From: Eledone cirrhosa
Lineage: Eukaryota
NCBI GenBank assembly: GCA_964016885.1
Contig: OZ024743.1
Coordinates: 188,046,001 to 188,110,000 of the forward strand
Reading direction: 5' to 3'
DNA length: 64,000 bases
Below the pieces are notes generated by a model that made no database searches, had not been told where the DNA came from, and saw only the letters and a list, made by a program, of their open reading frames with translations. This document shows positions 53,301 to 64,000 of this stretch, piece by piece. The position numbers and the translations under genes were made by a program. How positions within the stretch are numbered: position 1 is the first letter of the stretch; every line of letters starts with the position of its first letter.

Positions 53301-54844
53301 ATTAATATTGACCTTCATTTGTCATAGTGCGAGATCAGCCTTATATTTCTCTGTGTGCATGTGCATGTGTGTGTGTATACACATGTATATGTGTGTGCTT
53401 ATATTAGTGTGTATGTATGTGTATATTGGCCTGTATCTTCTCTGCATGTTACTTGTTGACTTATTTTATCAATTATTGATTTGTAGTGGAAAATGTTATC
53501 AAATCAAGTAGCAAATCAGAATTATTCATTTGTGATGATGTTTTCACTTATATTACTTTTATTTATGTTAATTCTTGTTAGACTCTTTTATTCTCCTTGT
53601 TTTATGTTGTTGTTGCTTCTAGGAAAAGCTTTTAGAGTATTATCAGACTGTGAAAATATCTCTAGAATATATCTACAAAGATGCTCACAGAAATTGTTAC
53701 TCTTTTCATGATGACATTGTTGCAATTTGCGTTTTTGTGTAATTGTTTTTTGTTTTGTTTTGTTGTTGTTGTTTTTTTGTACCAACAACTCTATCAGTTT
53801 GATTTGGGCAGATGTATTTCATAAAGGGAAACAACAAGAAGAACATACATTTTAAGGCTTTCTTCCCTACTAAATCAATGGTTAGCCTTTGCAGACCACA
53901 CAATAACCTTCCATTTTCCTATTGATAGCATTCCCCACATCCAAGCTTTCATTTTGGAGTGTAATGGAAATATGAGGAAGTTATTGTATTGTGATAGGCA
54001 GGAAAGTGAATGGACATACACGTGGAGTATTGAGGGTTTCCAAGCACAGATCAGAATTCCTCATATAACTAAGCTGTAGTTCCAGGATTTCATAAATTTT
54101 AAAGAAACAAATTTTTCTCAATAATTTTGTTGGCAATATCAATGACTATATTTCATTTTATATTCTTCAATACCTATGATAAAAGCTTCAGCAAGCTGGG
54201 AGAATCATTAGAACTTCAGACAAAATGTTTTGAAGTACCTATTTCAACTCCTTGATCCACAAGATATTTCACCTGATGCTCTAAAAAGATTTCAACTCGT
54301 TGTATTCAAAGCCCACCAAAATCATAAATTTGCTTTTCATCCTCTTAGGATCAATAAAGTAAAATTCTAGATTGAAGAACTAAAGAAATTGTTAGAATGT
54401 TTGGTGGGATGCCTTATGCTATTTGTTTAAGGTCTTTGCATTCAGAATTCAAATACCAGCATGACCCACTTAGGTGGTAGATCTAATCTATCACCTTGTT
54501 TAATACCACCACCTAGCCCTTGCAGATTCACTCTGTTGCAAGCTTTCAAGCCAGTTCTCCAGAAGCCTTGAAAACATTAAGGATCCTGGGCACTGCCCTT
54601 CCTCCTGACTAAGCAATAAAACATGTTACATATACCAAATGTTAAACTAATACATATCAACATTGTACTGTATTCTTCTCCCATGTTTTTTCATGTTGAT
54701 CTTTCACATGCATATATTTAGTGTTTATTAATCTGAAATGCCTGCTTCTCAGTTTAAAATGTTTTCATAACTACTGCCTCATAATCTACATCTATTGAAG
54801 ACCAAGAATTCTGCCATTAATAAAATATCAATTTGTACAGTCAG

Positions 54845-55342
54845 TTTTGCTGACGAAGAAGGGTTTCTCCCTGCGTACCAAAGGCCGGTTATATGATGCC
54901 TGTGTGAGGAGTGCGATGCTGCATGGTAGTGAGACATGGGCAGCAACTGCAGAGGATATGCGATGGTTGGAGAGAAATGAGGCAAGCATGCTCCATTGGA
55001 TGTGCAATGTCAATGTGCGTGAATGACCCAGCATGGATGTGTTGAGAGAGAAACTGTGTCTGAGAGGGATAGAATGTAGTGTGCGAGAGAAGAGACTGTG
55101 GTGGTAAGGACATGTGATGCACATGGAGGATGACCAATGGGTGACCAATGGGTACCAGGAAATGCCAGTTGAAGGAAGACGTGGTAGAGGTAGACAACGA
55201 AAAACATGGGCAGAGGTGGTGAGAATAGACTTCAGATCGCTGAAGCTCACGGGGGAGATGATGAAGGACTGTGACAAGTGGAGAGATGCTGTGCTGAATA
55301 AGACTCATCCCACCCTTGCAAGCAGGAAAAAGCGGACGTAAA

Positions 55343-55371
<29 letters not shown>
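54845..55371 (+). mobile_element. RTE LINE 3' fragment with (GAT)n tail
   Basis: KGRLYDACVRSAMLHGSETW...GRRGRGRQRKTW. Confidence 0.88.
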
Positions 55372-55374
<3 letters not shown>

Positions 55375-56497
55375 AGACCAAACATATATATAAAATGTTT
55401 AAAGTACAGGTAAGATATGAAAAATGTACTGTACATCTGAATTGCACATCTTTCAACAATTATAGCCACACAAGCCAACAAAGGGAGTCTCCTCATAATC
55501 TTATAATATGTAAGATATAGAAAGCAGTCCTATAAAAAGGATATATTCGATAATATATTATATATGGACATGTAAAGGTTGATAAAGTTGTAGGGGCACC
55601 ATAGTGACATACAGAGTGTCTTGGGCATTTTAAACCTAGCAAATCCCAAACACACCCCTTCTTCATATCTTCATACCTGAACACATGTGATTTCTTCCAG
55701 AGAAAATGAGAGAGTGAAACAGAGGAAGTGAGGAAGAGATATAGAGGAAGAATCAACTCCAGTACTTGAGTGGTACTTTTTTAACAATTTCAAAATGTTT
55801 AATAATTGGACCATGGCCGGTTTTGAACTCAGAGCATAAGAAAGCCAGAATGAATAACACAAAGCATTCTAACAACTCTACTGATTTTCCATCAATTGGA
55901 TAATGTAGTCTTAGATATATTATTTCTGGAAACTCAATGGAATTGTCAACATGGGGACTGACTACTTTAATCATAAATCTGATCTGGGACTAAACAACAA
56001 TAATATTTTCACACTAGAACACTCATGAAAATCTTGTTGACTAGCAGGAATGTTTAATCTAATTAAAGAACTCATAAGCTGATGAAGCACTGTTGTTGCT
56101 GCTGTTGTTGTTGTTGATGTTGCTGCTGCTGCTAATCATGATGATGGTGATAATAATGATATCAATGATTATGGTTGCGGTGTTGATGATGATGATGATG
56201 ATGATGATGATGAGTATGATGATGCAACTATTGCTGCAGTTGATGGTGAAAATGATGATGTCAGAGATCATGGTCTTGGTGTTGTTGAGGCTGATGATGA
56301 TGAGCATGAAGATAATGATGTGAATGTTAAAGATAATTGATGGTGATGACAATAACACTGATGATGATGATGATGATAATGGTCATAATGATGATGGCAA
56401 GGATATTGTTAAGGACAATAATGTGGGTGCTGGTAATAGTGGTTCTCTTGGTTTTCATCAACAGGAAAATAGTGATGATGAGATGATGATAATAATA

Positions 56498-56944
56498 ATT
56501 GTTTCTACTTTTGGCACAAGACCAGCAATTACCCAGTGCATTACTGGTACTTTATTTTATCGACCCCCGTAAGGATGAAAGGCAAAGTTAACCTTGGCAG
56601 GATTTGAACTCAGAATGGCAAGGGCCGTAACTCTATGTGTCAAAGCATGGCATCCAACCCTCTACCAATACTGCCAATCCACTCTGCAATAAAATGTATG
56701 TGGTATATTGTCAAAATCAGTAGATACAGAACTGGCTGTCATGTAGTATTTAGGTGTGGATTGGCAGTATCGGTAGAGGGTCGGACGCCATGCTTTGACA
56801 CATAGAGTTACGGCCCTTGCCATTCTGAGTTCAAATCCCGCTGAAGTTAACTTTGCCTTTCATCCTTACGGGGTCGATAAAATAAAGTACCAGTAATACA
56901 CTGGGTAATTGCTGGCCTTGTGCCAAAAGTAGAAACAATTATTA
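56498..56944. mobile_element. Head-to-head inverted pair of SINE S1 copies (56498-56682 minus, 56755-56944 plus)
   Basis: Both share the variant aatggcaagggccgtaactctatgtgtcaaagc. Spacer ~72 bp. Confidence 0.92.
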
Positions 56945-57959
56945 CATTTTGCATTCAATGCAAAATGTAATAATATGGTGGAATCTTCCTTTTTTTCTCA
57001 GGATGGTCAACAACATTAACAGGTACCAGTCAAATGTTACTAAGGTCAATTTCATCATCAATCCCTTCTTTCAAAATTTGTTGACCATGACACTATTAAG
57101 TTAAAGTCTGTTCTAAGCTGAAAGCTCATCAGGCTGGTGCTTATTCCCAGTTTCCTTGGTGTTAAGTGACTGAGAGTACAAGACTTCCCCTGTATAGGAT
57201 GACAGTTTATTGCAGGATCAACTCCTCAGCTACTACTGGTACTCACTCTCAGTAATGTGAAATAAGGTGTTTTACTCAAGAACACAATGTAACAGCCTAT
57301 TCAGGAATCAAACAATAACACTATTCCATAATACAAAAGATCTGCCTAGCAGTACAAGCACTGCAGCACTAAAAGCCAACGTGGTGAGGGACCTGTCGTT
57401 ATATGGAAGGGAGAGGTGCTTTCAGACTGCAGTGGATGGAGCAGAATTTCTCATTGTGTGACACAACCAAATACACTCAGTTTACATTTACCACTCATTA
57501 AATGGTGGATGAACAGACTAAGAAAACATAAGATGGAGAAGAGCCTGTGACACTGTCAAGTACCTTTTTAGAGTTAATGTCACAATAAAATGTACTGAGT
57601 ATACACTATAAAATAACAGTGCTGGTATCATAATAAACTGCATCTATTACACCCTGTAAAGTGGTATGTGTAGTGCTATAATAAAATACACTCAGTACAC
57701 TCTGTAAAGTGGTAGTACTGGTGCCACAATAAAATACAACCAGTTCATTCTGTAAAGTAGTAGTGCTGGTATCATGATAAAGCACACCCACTAGACTCTG
57801 TGATGCGGTTGGAGTTTGAAAGGGCTTCCAGCTGTAGAGACTATGCCAAATATCGAATGAATGTGCAAGATGAGGTTAATTCAACCTGTCTGGTTCCAGA
57901 TTGTGACAACCATCCAAACTATACCAGTGGGGAAAGCAGATGTAAAATGATAAAGATAA

Positions 57960-58387
57960 TGTTAATGAGGATGATGATGATGATAATGATGACAATGATG
58001 ATGATAATGATGACAATGATGATGATGATGATAATGATGACACTGATGATGATGATGATGATAATGATGACAATGATGATGATAATGATGACAATGATGA
58101 TGATGATGATAATGATGACAATGATGATGATAATGATGACAATGATGATGATGATGATAATGATGACAATGATGATGATAATGATGACAATGATGATGAT
58201 GATGATAATGATGACAATGATGATGATAATGATGACAATGATGATGATGATGATAATGATGACAATGATGATGATGATGATAATGATGACAATGATGATG
58301 ATAATGATGACAATGATGATGATGATGATAATGATGACAATGATGATGATAATGATGACAATGATGATGATGATGATAATGATGACA

Positions 58388-58427
<40 letters not shown>
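57960..58427. repeat. Compound (GAT)n microsatellite with 21/27-bp higher-order units (…gataatgatgacaat)
   Basis: Expanded tail of an upstream RTE-tail element. Confidence 0.93.
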
Positions 58428-58428
<1 letters not shown>

Positions 58429-58438
58429 ATATATATAT

Positions 58439-58439
<1 letters not shown>

Positions 58440-58469
<30 letters not shown>

Positions 58470-58838
58470 CCGTTTTACATCCGTTCTATCACGCTATCAT
58501 GGGTTAGATGGGTTGTCCTGTTGTGGGCAGTGTCCAGTCGGCTAACATTGTCTTGCTTATATGGGAACTGATTCTGGCTTGATTTCTACAGCTGGATGCC
58601 CTTCCTAACACCAACCTCATTTACAGTGAGTGCTGGGTGCTTTTTTGCCGTGGCACCTCCACGACCACTTTGCAGTGGAATGATAGGGACCCCAGTCCCT
58701 ATCATCTCATTTCTACAGCTGAGTAAACTGGAGCAATGTGAAATAAAGTGTCTTGCTCAAGGAAACAACACATCACCCAGTCTGAGAATTGAACTCACAA
58801 CCTTTCGATTGCAAGCCCAATGCTCTAACCACTAAGCC
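58440..58838 (-). mobile_element. SINE family S2 second copy
   Basis: 58563-58838 is near-identical to 34757-35032. Confidence 0.87.
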
Positions 58839-59869
58839 ATATATATATATATAGAGAGAGAAAGATAGAGAGAGAGAAATAGAGAGAGAAATACACACAC
58901 ACCACACACACTCTCATATATATGTGCATATGTATATAAATATATCTGTATGGCTATATATACATATATAGGCATACATATACACACATATACAAGAAAC
59001 ATAAAGATTTTCCAGGATCCATTTAAGTAATTATAAAACAAAATACTTATTTATGTTTCAAGCATGTTTACTTTTATGTATTGAAAATTTACAGCATTTG
59101 AGAAATGTGTTCAAGATTTCAAAGCGAAGTTTAATGTTTCGGTTTTATAATGAAATGCTTGCTCGTGATTATTTTCATTTACATTTGTACCATTTCTGTC
59201 GGCTAATTGAGACCCAGTAAATTGCTTCTCATAAACGATTCTTGAATTGCAACTTGTCATTTAAAAGACGCTGTGCTTCCTAGTTGTCTAGAAATTTAAT
59301 ACTTCTGCAAATAGTATAATACAGGATTTGCTCAAATGTTTCTAGGCTAGTCTGTTGTAAGTGTTGCAAGACAATTAATAAAATATATGAGGTTATATTT
59401 AGAGTAGCTGAAAAATACATGCATATATCAGCTGTTGTGCTAACATTTACAGACTAAATCAATGTTATGTTACAAACAGATAGCAATGACCTCTGCATCA
59501 GAGTATGGTTTTTATGGAGAAACAGTCAGTGTAGTTGCAGTAGTTTTTATTATCAGTTACAATCTAGAGAACACAACAATGCTTAAATACTCAAGTTTTG
59601 TATATCATCAAATATGACTTAGTCTATGGGGTAGCAAGCAAATAAAGAAAATAAAAATAATAGATGAATATATAAATAAATACAAAACACAAAAGCTAAC
59701 TAATAATCCTACTGTATACAAAAATATTTCTGGGTTGTTGGTGGAGACATATATATATAATCAACTCACTTATTTCTGGCAATAGGCTTGTACCCTGTCC
59801 TCAGATGTGTGAAATGGATGCACAAAGATTGCATATCCTGAGACGTCAAAGAGGATCCGGAAGGGAGCA

Positions 59870-60925
59870 AAATTTAACAGTTGGAACCTGGAACATCACA
59901 ACACAGGAACCAGTTACTGGAACATCACAACGCAGGAACATGCTACTGGCTCAATATAGTCAGGGTATCCTCAACAAAGTTCCATGTGTCTGATACTGTA
60001 GATTTAGATGGAGGATGGAACATCCACTATTCAGGTGTGGTACCAGAAATAACTGCAATGGTGGGAGTGGGAATACTCACAAGTCCCTGGCTGTCAGAAT
60101 AAGTTATGAATTGGATCCCATTAGGAGGGAGGATTTACTTCTTGAAGCTTAGGCTGAAAGATAGGTCTCTGTGGGTGGTGCAAGTTTATGCACCAAACAA
60201 GGAGTCTGAATACAAATCTCTCATTGATGAAATCACTGCAGCATTAGATGTAGTTAAGACTGAGTTATATACCCTGGTGGGAAACTACAATGCCAATGTT
60301 AACACTGACAATCTGACATGGAAAGGACTGATTGGACGGAATGGCGACCCCAATCTAAATATGAATGGAGAGGCCCTACTAGATTTAAGTTCTAGCAATT
60401 GACTCTATTATGAACACCTTCTTCCAGCACAGAGACATCCATAAATATACATGGTTTAAGGGGAATCAGGGAAAGAGATCAATAATTGATTTTGTTATTG
60501 TTTCTGATCTTTTTAATTCTGTGCTGGATGTTCATGTAAAGAGAGGGACTGAGCTGTCAACTGATCACCATCTGATTATCTGCAACTTGAGACTAACTAA
60601 AGCCAAGGAAGCTCACAAAACTGGCAGGTTCAGGATGACCTACAGATAAAGTGGGAAGTATTGGTGGATAGAAGAAGTTATGCAGATACTATTGCATCCA
60701 AATTCAGAGAACTCCCTGAGTAAACTGAGGATGTTGAGACAGAGTGGTAATTGTTCAGTGCAGTAGTTTCTGCTTCAGCCATTAAACGCTGCGGACGAAA
60801 GAGGCTTGGTTTGGTGCTTGATGGCAGGAGGTCAATCAAGAGGTCAAAGGAGCCATCCAAAAAAGAAGGGGGCTTACAAATCTTGGCTTGGAAATAAGTC
60901 ATCCTTTTTGTGCTTGTGGTACAAT
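59870..60925 (+). mobile_element. Decayed RTE (Rex3/Expander-like) APE endonuclease region
   Basis: TVGTWNI, GVGILT, VQVYAPN, VGNYNA, MNTFFQHRDIHKYTW, RSIIDFVIVS, VKRGTELSTDHHL. Confidence 0.88.
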
Positions 60926-61069
60926 ACATTAGGGTGTGATACAGTGAAAATTGCGACCGGAGACATGTTGCCACAAAAGCCACCACAACAATGAAAATAA
61001 AAACAGGTTAAAGATGAACCTGGACCAGATCGATAGATATTATATAAATATCTTTGATTGGTTTCTGGG

Positions 61070-62098
61070 AATCTGCCTGATGGATGGTTTACGGTCGAAG
61101 TCGGATTTGTGGTCCTTCAGTGTGAAGTAGGGAGTCCGTGGGTCTAGGGGTTCAGTGCCGTCAGCGACCCCGAGGCTGAAGGAAATTTGTTGTCTATCTC
61201 GATTTATGTCCTCGATACTTGAATGGTTAGCCTTTTTATAGGTGGAGTTTAAGCTGCTCCTGATCAGTGTGTGGTATCTGTCGGGGTTGTCGAAGTAGAG
61301 GTTTCCAGTTTTGTCCGAATGCACCATGATGTCGTTGGTGTTTTCATACTCTGTTAATTTGCTACGGAGTTTTTGTAGGAATCTGTTGTGTCTGGGTTTG
61401 AATTTAATGCTCTTGACCAGTTGGAAAAGGTCATTCTCGAAGGGGGAGAGCATAGGGTTCGGAGGGGGAGATTTTTAGGTATTAAATCCGAATCTCTCCT
61501 TGGTATCGAAGTTCTGATTGTCGCAATATCTGTCGTAGAAAAAAGTTCTCCATCTTAGTCTTTTCGCAAAGAGGTCGATTCTTTGCGTGAGCATCTGAAG
61601 GTAAAGTTTTTTCGGTGGAACTGGGATGTTCTTGGTGGAGAAGTCGATGTTGTGTTTTCGCATGGTGCGGGTGAAAAAACTTGAGCTTGGCGGAAAAGTC
61701 TGGATAAGGCGTGGTAGGGTCGGAAAGTGCTCTACTACGGAGATAGGAGCTAGATAATGAAGGAAATGTGGTAAGGAACCAGATGGACCATAACGCACCA
61801 AAATACTCAATACTTAGGGTAGTAGAGTGGGTAATAGGAATAAGCATGACCCCGACGGCAGAGCTCAAGCCGTTTTGACGGCTAAATAAATAGCCGAACT
61901 TCTCAGGGGCTAATTCCTTATATGGGAAGATAGTAATTGTCAAAAGGATTGGCCAAAAATTTGTTGTAAAGACAGATGATTCTATCATGGCATTTGGTGG
62001 GCGGTAGGGGTAGCTGAACTTGCCGGTAGAACAAAGAGGGAGTGGGGGAAACCCAGTCAAGCGTTGAAAGTGAAATCTATACACCAGATTCTTCGTTA
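61070..62098 (-). mobile_element. Second PLE: terminal repeat plus N-terminal part of the ORF (ATG 61663), frameshifted and truncated before the RT core
   Basis: FSTKNIPVP...KRLRWRTFF...FGF; FENDL..LVKSIKF; SDKTGNLY; PYFTLKDHK..F...PSIR. Hammerhead in the upstream repeat. Abuts (TA)n(GA)n. Confidence 0.82.
61836..61918 (-). ncRNA. Extended type I hammerhead ribozyme (G12 mutated) in PLE terminal repeat
   Basis: AGGAAT-TA-GCCC-CTGAGAA-GTT-CGGCTA-TTTATT-TAGCCG-TC-AAAA-CGGC-TTGAGCTCT-GCCG-TC|GGGGT-CATGCTT-ATTCCT: all three helices and a GUC triplet. Confidence 0.72.
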
Positions 62099-62099
62099 C

Positions 62100-62228
<129 letters not shown>

Positions 62229-62365
62229 GTCTGCAGCACTAAGACCGAGGAGATCACAAATCATGGGAGTACATAGTTGGTATAAAGATAATTAGAATCC
62301 CGACTATGATGCCAAGCCGAAAAAACTTGGCATTGTGCAAGATAATACCACTCTCTCTTTCTCTT

Positions 62366-62461
<96 letters not shown>

Positions 62462-63079
62462 AATATACATATATCATAATCATCATCATCATCATCATCA
62501 CCATCATCACTGTTTAATGTCCATTTTTCCAGCTAGCATCGGTTAAGCGAGTTATCCCATTGTGAGACAAGCCAGACCAGATGACTGTGTAGTGCTCCTA
62601 AAGAACTTATTTTGGCTTTGTTTCTATGGCTGGATGCCCTCCCTAATACCAACCACATTTACAGAGTTGACAAGCTGCTTTTTATCATGACACGTACATG
62701 ACCACTTTACAGTGAGGACTGGGCGCTTTTTTCAAGACAATAAAATGACAACTTTACAATGTTGACTTGCCTGCGCTATGGGTGGGGAGGTGCATGGGGA
62801 TTGGAGAGGTAGATCCTGGGTGGGGCACTTATCTGGGGAAGGATGTGGGTGTGGATGACTGGGGGGGGGGTGTTAGGAAATGAGTGGAGTGTTAGGATGT
62901 GGGAGGTAATGGAAAAGTGGTGCATACTAGGTGCACATGGGAAGGTGGGTTTTCTGTATTAGTGCATAATGACAGAGATCTTGATATATACATATATGTG
63001 TATATATATATATATATATGTTGGCTAATAAAGACTTTTGATGTATTGAAGGCTTCTTTGTTTTATTTTCATAATATAT

Positions 63080-63600
<521 letters not shown>

Positions 63601-63620
63601 ATATATATATATATATATAT

Positions 63621-64000
63621 ATAACGAAGGAAGTGTGGTAAGGAACCAGGTGGACCATAATGCACCAGAGTACTCGATATTCTGGGTAGTAGAGTGGGTA
63701 ATAGGAAAAAGTTCAGGGCCCCGACGGCAGAGCTCAAGCATTCTGATGGCTATTTCTGGACGAAATTAGATTTTTAGCGTGGTAGTAAATAGCCGAACTT
63801 TTCAAGGGGTAATTCCATTTATGGTCATGCGATGATCATGCATTTCTGAAGGTTGTAGTTGTCAAAAGGATTGGTCAAAATTTCTTGTAAACACATTTAA
63901 ATCTTTCATGGTGGTGGGTAGGGGGTGGATGTCGCTGAACTTGCCTGTAGAACAATGAGGGAGTGGGTGAAGCCGGTCAAGCGTTGAAAGTAATTTCTAT
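63621..64000 (-). mobile_element. Diverged terminal repeat of the second PLE family, running off the window, with hammerhead motif at 63704-63816
   Basis: Collinear with 61754-62080. Core CCCC-TTGAAAA...GCCG-TC|GGGG. Confidence 0.85.

Noticed and set aside
58395-58469. Long palindrome (GAT)n(AT)n(CAT)n
   Set aside because: Explained by two RTE-type tails meeting tail-to-tail in a TA run.
57800-58507. Long poly-Met/Ser/Ile ORFs (also 56059-56572)
   Set aside because: Translations of (GAT)n-derived microsatellites.
62780-62950. G-rich, quadruplex-prone tract
   Set aside because: Appears to be the reverse of the C-rich part of RTE-type 3'UTRs (cf. 14020-14060, 52400-52580). No independent evidence of function.

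Overview
This is AT-rich eukaryotic DNA with dense microsatellites and no host protein-coding gene that I can recognise. The repeat set (tRNA-derived SINEs with Nin/Meta-like cores, RTE LINEs with (GAT)n tails, Dong/R4, CRE, Penelope-like elements, Helitrons) resembles octopus/coleoid cephalopod genomes; that assignment is inference. All recognisable coding sequence is from decayed transposons: two Penelope-like elements (PLEs), several RTE LINEs, one Dong/R4, one CRE-like LINE and a Helitron helicase remnant. There is also a 64-bp minisatellite array of about 1.5 kb. The most interesting layer is non-coding RNA structure. Hammerhead-ribozyme motifs occur in PLE terminal repeats, one with a U3-A8 core variant. 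At least five unrelated short fold-back (inverted-tail) elements, mostly embedded in (TA)n, carry full or partial hammerhead cores, and one appears circularly permuted. An HDV-like ribozyme remnant sits at the exact 5' end of an RTE. One RTE family also carries a C4HC3 PHD-type finger inserted inside its reverse transcriptase. All folds and alignments were done by eye.
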